Source of the DNA: Iphione sp. A-MEVVRFRX5
Taxonomy: Eukaryota
Direction of reading: 5' to 3'
Assembly (NCBI GenBank): GCA_976226885.1
Contig: OZ320322.1
Span: 23,746,001 to 23,810,000, forward strand
Length of the DNA: 64,000 bases
Both the position numbers and the translations under genes were made by a program. Of this stretch, positions 7,893 through 20,309 are shown in pieces; within the stretch, counting starts at the first letter, position 1; each line of letters opens with the position of its first letter. The notes under the pieces are model-generated. The model searched no databases, was not told the origin of the DNA, and saw only the letters and a list, made by a program, of their open reading frames with translations.

Positions 7893-10800
7893 ATGGCTGC
7901 CACTGCAACGACAGGACCAGGAGCTTCTGGGAATTTCTATGCAGAATCAATTACCAAAGGAGCAACTCCCGAACAAACTACCGAGCTTTACAACAAATGG
8001 GCCGAGAATGACCAATATCAAAAGGTAATTGGGTTAATTTCTACTCTCCAACTTTTTATTTCATATGAATGAAAATCTGTGCAATGATGTGTATCATATT
8101 ATGTTGTGCATGCAATAGAATTTTCGAGTACCCATGCAGGTGTTTATGACCCGTTTTATATGCAATATGATAAAAGCATGTTCTATATTTACTGTCGAAG
8201 ATAATAGAAAAGGGGAAATACAGCATTCTATGATATGGCTCCCTGTTAACCATCTTCTACAAGGTCTCTAAATATATCTAAACAATACTTGGAGTTTGTA
8301 ATTGAATTCAGATTGATATTACCACAGCTTTATCTAAGAGTTTTATATGTGCATATGCTTCGTGTCATCGTCTGCACAATAATTTCCGCTGATTTACTGT
8401 ATGAATGAAGATAGATCTGCATCTAGGTATGAGTGTCTTTATTACTAGTTCCTCGATGAGGAAGACTACCAGGCGCCACGACTGGCTGGCGAGGCAGTTG
8501 AGAGGATTTCAGCAGGGGAAAGGAATCTCACCATCATAGATGTAGCAGCAGGAACCGGTTGGGTCGGAGAGGAGGTAATGATAAGAGAGTTAGATGTGAG
8601 ATGTAAGGGCCAGCATGATTATATGTACTTTGCAGATGATGCTAGATATACTCAAATTGTATGAACACTTGGTTCTTCAACTTCAGTAGCACCCTCTGTG
8701 GCCCAGCCAACCTAAGGCAGCTAATAATATATAATATGATTACTGTTACATCAAACATCCTCGGTAAAACATTTGCAACCGTTTGAGTGTGCATGTATGA
8801 ATAAATGAGAGATTAAGTGAGCACGTTTGAATGCGAGATATGTGCGGGAGTGAGTAAGTGAGTGAGTGTTTGATAGTGTGTTTGTGATTTGTAGTACGTT
8901 GTAGTCTATGATTCTGTAAGGAGGTATTTAAGCAAGTATGTATGCAATCTTGATGCTACAATGTGCCTTACTGTGTTTTAGATTGTGAGTATGTATGGAG
9001 TATGTACATCTGAGATCATATGAAGCACTCCTCACCCCCTTCTCCCCACACACAAACATCAACTCATATACAAACTGGCTGCCCCTCCCAAATTTTAACA
9101 TTGTGTCCAATCAGATAAATAGCTGAAAGGATTCTCATGAAGTATTCTGTTCCAAGAAATTGAATTATTCAAACCAAAAGTACTGTACCTGAAGTGGTTA
9201 AGTGGATATTTTTTTATCAATGAAGCTTAAAAAACGAGGGTTCACTAACATCGATGCTCTGGAACCATCGACTGGGATGCTGAAGGAAGCAATAACAAAG
9301 AATACATATAAAAAAATCTACACAGACTTCTTCAATGAAGACGTCCAATGTCTCCAGACAGGTAGGTGCTCATGAAGTCAATAATAATTATTCTGGACAT
9401 GATGTTTTTTTTTAATTGCACTGCCTATATAAAGCATTCCCTGAAAGTTGGTCTCACCTATGGAAATGTCATCTCATGCTAAATGTGGTCTAAGAAAGAC
9501 ACATATCCTATTCCATTAATGTAAATATTAGCAAGTGTTATTAACACAGGACTGCGACACTGTGGTGGGACGTTGATGGGCATGAGTTTCAGCGTGCTGC
9601 ACAAGGGCGCAGGCGGAGTGTGGTGCGGCAAAATAAATGATCAGAAAGATGTGAAACAAATAATAAAAAAGATGCTAATTAATATTATATTCTTTGTGAA
9701 AAGAGATTTATACAAAACTATATATGCCACATATGTGCCTATGTTTTCAGAGGTTAATCAGGAAATCCCTTTGTTACATAGTACACACCTTTCCTGTGGT
9801 CACCGAAGCAAAGCCTCCTTAACTGATAATAACAAGTGCAAGTGCAAAAGGCGCTTGTGTACCAGAGATATGAAGTCTTGACATACATTTATTCCAAGGA
9901 ACAGCACCTCTGCACTGAGACACTTTCCTACTGCTAGACTGATCGCTGCTATTACAACCAGTGGTACTGGACTGTGCATTTTTACATTATGCCTGTTATT
10001 ATACAGCTTTGCTGTAAAATCTATCATTTACAATAAAACATTTTGAGAATAAATCAACTTTATAAGTTTAAGGGAAATGATTTTTGAAAGATGAACATAT
10101 AAATCTTATTTAGTCTTGTTTCTTAGAATAACAGACACTATCTTAACTTTTCTAGAACAAATTTTAACCAGGTATGACCTCATTTAGCACATCACTACTT
10201 ATGAATATTCAGTGATTAGCTATTCAGTAATGATCTTTCATTATTTAAAAGTAATTTCAAGAATATGTTTAAATTCTTGTCATATAAATCGTTGCGATAA
10301 AGCCTACATAGTATAGTATTGTAAAGAACTGAAAATTAAATTTGTTCCATAATATAATATTCATAATTACATTTTACTGTGATTATATGGTAGATTACTG
10401 GCCGCATAGATTGCCAGTAAAGTACTGTCTTTTTACAGTCAATATCGTAGGGTGCTCCTTGACTGACTCTGGGAATCATGCCTACTTGCTGTAGATGATG
10501 AACATTGTCCACAGTTCCCTGATGACTCCCCAGATCATACCTGCAGGTTGAACTCTGTTGCCCCTGCACCGCTGGCATACCACCCTACCTGCAGACCAAT
10601 CACCCTGGCTAAAACAAATGAAATACCTTTTAAACTGCTACTAATGCTGCTGCATATGGTGAAGCTTGTGCAGTGTAAGGCATATGCTTCCTCCATCTAA
10701 TTGACTGACACTCTGTGAATTGTTTGGGCTGCCTGTGCCAAGAAATCTCTTTCTTGTTCATTGATGGACCCTAATCCTTCCCCAAATTCACTTGCCACTG

Positions 10801-13800
10801 ATGAAAGAACCGTAGCCCCACTATGACAGACTACTTCCTTCGTGGTATTGATCTCAATTTCTGACAGTGCTAAATCTATCCCCATACTAATGGCAAAACC
10901 ATACTCTACATTTGCTCTGCGTCTGCAACCACATGAGTCCAAACTGCCATTAATGTCAAGTAGCCACCAGTCACACTTTGAAGAACATCTAATTAAAAAA
11001 ATGAAAGTTTTTGTTGAAAATTGACATATTGTTATAGTATTAAGCCCCTTATACCAGCCACCAGACATCAGATTCCAAGAGAGAAGATGTCAGCAAATTC
11101 CTCTTACTGTTATCATTAATGAATTAACAGTTAATATACCCCGCCATACATAAGGTTCCTCCAACAACGAGCGCCCAAGAATGAGCAAACTCACAGAAGG
11201 AAGTTTAAATGAAGTAGAATGTTCACATGAGTGAATGCATGCGTGTTGATACGCTACCCGCAAAACACAGACGAAGAATCACCAGGGTGACGAGCAACTA
11301 AATGCCTTGGTGCTGGCTCCTTCTTCCATATGCCGCCCACTAAGCGTTGAGGGATAGTGAAACAGTGTATAAGAAGCACCAAACGGATAGGGATGGCTGG
11401 CCCTTAAAATTGCGTGCCTGAATGTGTTGTTATAAAGTGATAGCCCAGCTAACTTTTATGTCCAAACACACATTACATGTGTATAGTCAAATTCTGGTTT
11501 GGTTAGGATATGTCAAAACATTCAGATATTTGTGTTTATTTTTTATTCACCCTCTGATAGAAACATTTCAACATTCGTTGAACAAATATAAATTTTTATA
11601 GAAAGCAAAAGAATTAATCGAGGGCAATAAAGTTCCACAGTAAAATTAAAAGTGTTTTATTGTTACGCTGCTGCAAGTAATTACGCGCCTTACAAAGAGT
11701 ATTGAATACATTTTTCAGAGGAAACTGTTCTTAGTTTCAATTCACCCTGGTCTCGTTCTTATCACATTAATACTAGTCTTATTATCCCAGACTCTCTAAT
11801 GAGTGCCAGACCAACCTTGTTATCCAGTAAAACCTACCAGCCAATGTAGAGTGCTTACAGGGGTAAACCTACCCCTCTGGAGGGACCATCATAAGCAAAA
11901 ATTTAAGTGGATGTGGCGTTCAACAGTCATAGAGTTAGAGATATGTGTAGAGCATGTTAGCTGAAACCTAATGCGCCGGACAAAGAGGCTAAATAAAGGT
12001 CTTGTATGAAGCCATGGACAGTTTCGCCTTTGCATTGGACAGTCAGTGTGATACGGTCCACATTCTAGTTTTTAACCTCTTTAAGGGTGATAGTCCCTTA
12101 TGGATCCGGTACACTAACATATCAATGCGACTTTGCCTAGATATTCCTATTGAATTCACACTCGACCATCTGAAGTACAGATAATACCTTCCATGGATAT
12201 ACTATATTTGTGTCTGTCTACCCTTCTGATATAGAAGTTTGAGATGACAGAATTAGTATCTCTCAATCTTACAGATTTACAGTGGCTTATGATTTGCATT
12301 ACGATCCTGGTTCTACCTGAATTCTTGACAATAAGTAAGGGGACGCCAGAATCATCGGAGTTACAACTTGTGTACCTCAGTTACTGATCATTTGCAATGG
12401 TTGGTCATTCATATTCCTGAAATCCACAATATACCTCGACCTGGACAGTTTCAGGAGAGTTTTAACGTGCATTAGTTCCACCAGATGGCCACAAGTGCAA
12501 CAAGAAGCACAGAACCAGGAAGATTTCTATATTTCATTTATTATGATTAATGTTTGACCTCTCATCCCAAACCCTGAGGGGCCCATCTCTCAAAACACAG
12601 AGATGCCATGTCTACCCGGACAGAAAATTCATTCTCATGTACAGTCGAACCTTGGCATATATGGAAAACCATATTAACCAGTCTAGCATTACACGAATGG
12701 AACTGTTTCAGTTATATTTTATACTGCTGTTCAAACCAGGTAATCGTTATCTGTAACTGGGTGGTATTTCTTTTATTTATAGAGATAATTATATTAGAAT
12801 TAATGTTCTTTTAAGCAGACTTGACAAATGAAAGGGATAAAACAGGGAGGGGGTCAATGCCAGAAAAGCTGCACATATGTGCCAAATGCAGGCCATCATG
12901 CATCCCTGTGATTCACCAGTGGGAGGGGGATTCAGCCACAACTTGTTAACAATAGAGACAAAAGGCATCATCTTGATGGGGGAGGTGGGAGGCGGGTATC
13001 ATTGATATCGCAGGCATCATTGGAACTCAGCTGGGACTTCCTAGCAGAAGAGAAAACGTGTAGACCTTATGTATACTTTACTATTATGCACTATTTCTCC
13101 ACCAGGGGATGCAGGTGTGCTGAATTTGACAACCGCAATGTCTGGTATCCGGACTAAATGTCTAGGCACGGAGGTAGTCTGGTTGATGACTCGACTGTAT
13201 CCTTCCACTAAAATTTCCTTTGCTGGCATTTATGTAATGATCAAGTAATACACTAAGAGAGAAAATTTCAAAGCATGGCTGCCATTTTCATTTCTCTTTA
13301 GCCTTATATGCGTACAATGGATAATATATCACATAATGAGTGGCCATGGATTGGTGCATGCTGTCTGTATGGTTTGCCATGCAAGTATGGGAACCAGCCT
13401 TAGGGCCTTTGTGTTCAAGGTATGAAGGTCAGTACAGCCCGTTAGAAGGACTTGGACTTGGTCCCATGTTGGCCACATGACTTGAGCTGCCTGTACATAG
13501 TCTATAATTATGAGTGTCAACACTCTTACCCATTAAACCGCACAGACTTAACTATGGTTAGATGATGCATGTTGAATTTATAAAAGTTCTGCAGAATCCC
13601 AACTGAAATATGGTCAGAAATTCACCAGAGCTCAGGTTTTTACTCCTCAAATCCGTTGCAACTCAGGATTTCCTTCTCAAATTCAGCACAAATCATGTTT
13701 TTACTCCTCGAATTCACTATAACTCAGGTTTTAATTCCTCAAATTCACCAACATGCCATACCTTACCCAGGATTTTATCCTCAAATTCGCAACATATCAG

Positions 13801-15173
13801 GTTTTTCTAATATACCATACTTGAAGTACTTGATACTTGATAGATTTGCAGGATAAGGATACTAAGTTCTGCCGCATGCTAATCCCTACCATGTATTGAG
13901 TAAGGTATCTTGGTATATGTATCCTTCATCAATCCTGTATACAATGCATGCATGTTTACTGATTCATAGATTCATACGATGTGATGACTGTGATCGGTGC
14001 GGTTGGAGAGGCACATATCGAGTACACAGCACTCAAGGAGATGGTTCGAATCGTGAAACCAGGTAGGAAGGTTACAGGATATCAGAAAATCTTTGCTCAA
14101 AATCTGGGGAAAGGGGATATATATCTTGGTTCTTCCTCTAGGAAACAGCCCATCTTTCTTGGATCCTCCTTTCATTTAATATTCTCTTGCGATGCACTTG
14201 TGATGCAGGTGTAAGATTGCTCTCTCACTACAGGCCAAGGAACCGATCGCCTCACGCATGAAAAACATTAATATAATATTAAGTCAAACTATGACCACCC
14301 ACATACTGCCGGTAAAGAGCAAGATAGGGGGTACCTTCTCAGGTAAAAAAATAACCACTTCTAACGGTCACATTTTAATACAATATCAAATGAAAGCTAA
14401 GACCCTGAGGAAGACAATGTGCCGTATCATGTCTCCCTACGACTATTGTGATAGATTCAGCTATGGAATGTTTTCCCAGAGACTTGTACCAAAAATGCTT
14501 TTTTTTTCACTGCCAGTGTAAACAACATCATTTTGCGTAAAATGACACATTTCAGCGATCGGTCCATTGATGATCAATGGGCACCAGATGGAGTACGCCT
14601 GTAATGAGATTGTAAAATACAAATCATGCTTCACTGTTATCATGAAAAGCATCTGTGACATAATGAAGTATTGAAAAACTATCAAAAATTAGTGTGCAAC
14701 AAGGCATCCCAGCTAAAACATCACATTCAACATTGTTTTTAGAACTTAGTAGTGAGGTAAGGAAAAGTAGGCTTATTCAGGCAATGTTGTTTAACTGTTT
14801 ATATCATAACATTCAGGCATCATTAGAATACAATGAATCGTGCATAATGGTGTACCAAGAGAACATAATTATATTATCATAGAACATCCCACAAAAAACA
14901 ACATCAATACTGACAAGATCAAAATATGGTCTGTATGTACATGTACATGATTTTATATAATCCAAGTTCCATACTTTTCCACCAGGTGGCTTTGTGGTGA
15001 TAATAAGTAGCAGTAGGGTCTTTTTGCAATGGCTTCATCTTCATGTGGAAGACGAGATAAAGCGGCTGGAGGAGGCTGGACTCTGGAAGCGCCTAGAGGC
15101 GAGGGTCTTTCCGGGTTACCTGAAGGGAATGGATGGTATGGTGCACGTGCTCCAGGTGACCAAGTCTGTATAG
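7893..15173 (+). CDS. METTL27: METTL27 / WBSCR27-like class I SAM-dependent methyltransferase (5 coding exons, ~225 aa)
   Basis: Exons 7893-8024, 8449-8574, 9226-9361, 13970-14062, 14986-15173; all GT-AG with consistent phases. Contains LYNKWA, motif I IIDVAAGTG, IDALEPSTGML, YDVMTVIG, and EMVRIVKPGG. Orthologue versus paralogue not resolved. Confidence 0.8.
13615..13806 (+). repeat. Degenerate ~31-bp minisatellite (related copy at 53445-53535, opposite strand)
   Basis: Recurring ctcaggtttttactcctcaaattcac units. Confidence 0.6.
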
Positions 15174-15613
15174 TCTCACAACAACAAACACTGAAGATCC
15201 CTTCCGACAAGTATTGATCACCATCACTCTCCTTATATTTGGATATGCCTTTATATGGGTTATATGAGCCAAGGTAAAGACTTGGGAGTTCTATAATACA
15301 TCATACAAACATGCAAGAAGCAGATTTTTGTCTGTAGTTAATAAGAAAAGTCAAATCCATGTCCCATATCGGATATTACATACATGAATATATTTGCGAT
15401 GCTGTAACCTACTAAGATTCTGAAGCTGGATGTTAACATGAATAAAAATAACATCTTCACTAATCCATGTTCGTGTTACTTATTTGGTAATTTCTTTTAA
15501 CGGGTATGGTAGCTTTCCTCTAAATACACATGTATGGGCTAAGAATGACACAATCAAATTTTGACTAATCAATGTAGTATCAGTCGGAGGCATCATACTG
15601 CTGGGAAAAAGAA

Positions 15614-15615
<2 letters not shown>

Positions 15616-15648
<33 letters not shown>
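15616..15648. repeat. (TA)n microsatellite
   Basis: 33-bp perfect TA run. Confidence 0.95.
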
Positions 15649-15651
<3 letters not shown>

Positions 15652-16284
15652 AAAGGTGTATACAAGAAGAGAACCACTTTTTAAAATGAAGCCCCACGGG
15701 GATACTGTACCACTTAACTGCATTCTCAAGACGAGTTAAAGTGGAGATTCTGTTTTAAAGACTAGATCAGGGGCGACCAAACCAGGAGAGAGAACAAAAC
15801 TTCTCAGACCCGGTCAATGATCCTCTGTGGGTGGTTAGTCGCTGACGGGTAGTGTTAATGTTCACACCTAGAACATGCAAGCCTGTGTAACCTAACTGGA
15901 AAGCGTATTTTATCCAGAAATGAGTCATTACCAATAATTTTCTTCCCACTTCTGACAGTTTAGTGAAGACCTTAGAGGGATCTTACATTCAAAAGCGTTC
16001 GGAAAACCCGACAATTTCCCAACGTTATAAATGTTAACCAGATGTGGGCCGTTGTCGGTCAATGGGTGACCCTCGAGTGGATTCGGAAAAAAACCATTAC
16101 GGGATGTTTCAAACATGTTAGGTACTGGGTCGATGATATTATCCGTGAAAGTGTCTTATCATGCGTGCCTTCTATTGGTCGTTGTACTGCCTCCAATTGT
16201 GTCTCTGTCCGTTTTTTGAATCCTAGTCAGTTCGTAGGAGGCGCTAATTATGTCTACACTGGTCAATCTTCCAACCATATTCAG

Positions 16285-16355
16285 GTCTCTGTGGTCTAAT
16301 GAGTTACAGTGCCAACAGGCTTGTGGATGAGGTTGGTTCGAATCCCCTAGCAGGA
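16285..16355 (+). repeat. Degenerate tRNA-derived SINE head
   Basis: Starts gtctctgtggtctaatgagtt, similar to the unit at 5391; perfect B box GGTTCGAATCC. Confidence 0.35.
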
Positions 16356-16399
16356 ATGACAAGTAAACATAGTTCAGTCCTCGTTGTGCACACTGGTTT

Positions 16400-17300
16400 A
16401 GTTGGCTAACAGATGCCTTAATTGGCAAAAGCAACCATTAATATCCATGCTGTATGCAAAATGCAGTCATGGTTTGCCCATATAGATGCAAAGAGAAAAA
16501 AAAAGATGGCAGTCGTGCTTTAATATAGACATAAGAGCAGAACAGGCAGCTATGGAGGAACGGGATAGCACCCTCTAGGTCGTCTTCCTTCTTCTCACAT
16601 TCCTTGTCAGACCACGCAGGGCATATCGTAGCCATCTCATCTGTTTTGTGTTTCCACTTGAGGGAGTATAAAATGGCATTAACTGCTTTAATCTTTAGTC
16701 GTTCAATTTGTGTAGTGTAGGACCAGGAAATCTGACAAAGGTTTACCGCCTCCCACAGTTCGGCTACCTATTGAGAAATAGGGTCCTATAGCACATCCTT
16801 TGCTTCTCCTACAGCTTCCCTTAAGTGAGAGAGGATAATGCCCATATTTTCTCCTGGGTATGTACTATCCTGACACATAGCTATAGTTCCCGCCACATAC
16901 GGATGCATAGACAACTTGCCCAATTCAGCTTTTTCCGCTTTGGGGAGGTGTACACACGTTGCTGGTGTGGACTTTTCAGCTCGCTTACCTGGGGCAGGAA
17001 CAATGTCTGGGTACCTGGTAGTGAGTAGGTGCTGTGTTTTAGTACTTGCGGAGGCTTTCAGCTGCTCTTGTTTGGGGGAAGCTTGAGGTCTACTGTCTCC
17101 ATAGGCTCGCAATCCTCATCGCCATTGTTCTCCTGCTCATTGGAATCTTTTAATAAGACTCTTTGAAGTAGGTCTTGTCAGGATGGTAGACTTGCTCCTT
17201 TTCTTCGATTGCTTCTTGCTGTCAACTTCTTCTAAGGCACTGACATATCTAATTATTTCCTAGAGCAGTTTCGTATGGAGCTGGGCTTCTGCCATGTTTT
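16400..17300 (-). mobile_element. Decayed gag/RT-like retroelement remnant, possibly DIRS1-type
   Basis: Interrupted frames reading ...LSHLREAVGEAK...LWEAVNLCQISW...ARLPSFF...CIQHGY*WLLL, loosely like the GRL..F..W...I..GY.L.F start of DIRS RT. Many stops and frameshifts. Confidence 0.3.
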
Positions 17301-17875
17301 TTTTTTCAAAATCGATGGTCTACCTTAGCATGGCACTTAAAGCCGACGTCTGCATTCAAATTTGCAGGTACGTCCCAAGACAATGAGTGAAGACGCTCTG
17401 TATCCTTATATTCCACACTACTCAAGCCTCCCCTTCTCGTAGAACGTTGGAACTATCCTGTTCGACACCGATATTCCTTAGTGTAAGTTTGCACTGGGTG
17501 ACCCCAACTGCCCTTATTTGGTCCTGTGGTGCCATAACGTTGCGCCGAGTGACCCTACCACTCTTTTATTTGGTACTCGGTGGCTATGTGGTGCCATGTA
17601 AATGTGTTCAGGTACCTTTATTCGGTAGCTGAGAGGCTTGTGGTGCTGCAGACATGCACTCAATGAGCCTGACGGTTCCATGGCACCAGGGTAATGGACT
17701 TACTAATCCTAACGGCCCTGTGGTGAGGAAGGAACTGGTACACATGTACCTATTCCCCTGGCAGGAGGCTTCACACTAGACAAGTACAAGTAACAGGTGC
17801 AGCCAGGGCTGCAAATGGAGGTCATATTCTTCCTCTATAATGTTGAAATGGTACGTAGGCGGGCGGGGGCGGCCG

Positions 17876-18030
17876 GGGATGGGCCGGTGGTCCACCCTCT
17901 CGGTGCCGGGGACATCCTGGGATGGCCAGGGATGGCCAGGGGCGGAGGGGGATGGCCTGGGATGGCCAGGGACGGCCAAGGGCGGCGGGGGACAGCCGAG
18001 GATGGGCCAGTGGTCCACCCTCTCGGTGCT
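17876..18030. repeat. GC-rich composite repeat: gggatggcca 10-mers between two ~30-bp direct repeats
   Basis: gatgggcc(g/a)gtggtccaccctctcggtgc at ~17878 and ~18001, flanking several gggatggcca-like units. Confidence 0.75.
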
Positions 18031-20309
18031 GGGCGGTTATGTAACAGAGAGGGGGGGCCAGAGAGACTGAGAGGGGCCAAGAGCGATCAGAACAGGGTGA
18101 TTGACACTCCCTCCTGCTTCCCTCCAGCTCTGGAGAACCAGGGGGGTCTTTCCCTCCTAGTCAGACTCAGACATCAAAGCAAACGAGTCTCTCACTTTAA
18201 CATAGGATTTTCCATAGGGTCTCCTGTCACTGCAAAACTAAGATAACAACCAAAAAGCCGGCTAGGAGATCAAAGAAAAAGCTCCTCTAAGCTCCACCCT
18301 CTACACTCGCCTCGACAATGGAGCTCAGAGCTCCGCGATGGAGGCGTGAGACCCTTGAGGATCTGACCTCCATTGATTAATACAGATTCTTCATCCCCTT
18401 TCTATGATACATATATGATTAGTATCATATTAAATATGCATTGATAAGTTAATATTCAAGGTTTGAATGTAAAGAAGACATGACGAGATTTTTAGTTTTA
18501 TTTGATACACGAAGTTTTCTAGTCTTTAAAAGTAAGTGTCCGCCTCAACTAATCAATAGAAGAATGCTACTCATATTTCACTTGTGTTGAACTTTCCATG
18601 TAAACTGAAATTAAAGAAACAATTTGTGGCTCTAAAGCCGATGGTAATGACCCCCATCGTTGTTAAAAGCCAAAGTGCAAAAACAACTAATGGGAAAGGA
18701 AAAATACTCACATCAGCAATATGACAATTTTCTCCCACCACTGGTAACCTTTCTATGATGTATGACATGCGGGAACTTTACAGCAATCGGCTGATCAGTT
18801 CTTTAACGCATTTGCCTGAATGGAATCTCATTTGGTGTGTATGCCCATGCACACACCTATACAAACCAACAGCCATTCATCAACCTGACATTCGAATAGA
18901 ACAAACTGAAACACATACTGTCGGTAAATCTAGGGTCTTGTTCAAAATGCTATGTGGGATATGAAAAGAAAAGGCGGATTTTTTTCCGTCTGGGGACACA
19001 AGTACTTCTCGTCGTGAGTTTTAAAAATATTGCAAAACCTTTCACCTTAAAAAATCTCTATGGACGGACAACGTCAATGGATATGCAATGCATACGATAA
19101 TACGAAGGTTAATAGAAAACCAACCCCTAAACTGTCTGATAAGAAAAGGTTATCACATGCCCCGGATAAGAAAGATGTGCTCTGTGTGAATCAATGCCAT
19201 ATGAATGCTCCCACATCTATAGGGAACACACATGAAATCCCTAACTTGAAAACAATTCGAAATACTACAGATAAAGATAAAACACTTTTATAATGTATGC
19301 ATGCATGTATTTAATTATACATGTCTGCATATGTAAGTGTACAATGTATATACGTATGCATGATGCGTCTCTGAGTGTGCACAACCGCATTTCTGTGGAT
19401 GAACATACAGAATGCAAGGATGCCACATGGTCAATATTACATTATAATGTATATCTTTAACAGTAACCCATATCAGTGAGATCTGGAGTTGAAGATAAAG
19501 TAGAAAACGACAATATGGATGTCTCATTTGAAAACGTTGAATGGAAACAGTCTGAAGAATCTCCGGGCACCTATCCCAACAAGTAAACGATATCAACGTT
19601 TATGGAATAATATAAGTGGTCCTTGTGGGGACAGGAATTTAACAGAAGAGTATCGATACGATTAGGTTTTGTGGGGAATTTGACAGCACTTACAAATTCA
19701 CATAATCGTTAGATTACGGCAACCATAAAGTAATGTCAGGGGGGTCAACAAAGACTACCTCACTCATTTACCTTTGGGACTGTAGAAAAATACATATTAA
19801 GAGTTGTGCAGCTAAAATATTTTATCACTGTTGCAAGTTATCCGAACGATACAACGTAGGTGTTTTCTGTTATCATTTTTTTCTGTTATCAAAATAGTTT
19901 TAGTGTGGCAGCATATTTAGTAGTTATTTCAACTGGAAATATAAAGTAAAAGCAGTGAACAAAGTTTACCCGCGTCAAACATCATTACCAATCCTTCACA
20001 ACGTCCTATTCAGGAGAACGAGGCTGAAAACCACTGCACGTGATACCAGTTTGGAACCTCTCCTGCAATTTTTCATCTTCCCATTTCTAGGTTAAGCTGG
20101 ACATCTAACACACCCAGACTGTGAATAACGCAGCAGCTGGCTTTAGAATTAAAAAAAATATTTTGTACAGCAAAGCAAGTTTACAAACGTATCCTTTAGG
20201 CTTTCAACACTGAATTTCTTGGAAGACCTGGACATCTGAAGCGCCATCTGTGATAAGGTGGCAAGGTTCGGGACTGTCATTGTGTAGTTAATAGACTGAA
20301 TCAACTCAT

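Noticed and set aside
9553-9881. Possible alternative METTL27 exon, or trypsin-like CGGTL fragment
   Set aside because: The acceptor and phase fit, but the peptide has no methyltransferase similarity and lacks the trypsin TAAHC motif.
11950-12530. Possible CR1/L2 LINE RT remnant on the minus strand (YKTFI*P, EYLG)
   Set aside because: Only two very short motif echoes; too weak to call without alignment.
17776-18246. Several GC-rich ORFs on both strands
   Set aside because: They arise from the stop-poor 10-mer repeat, with no domain signal.
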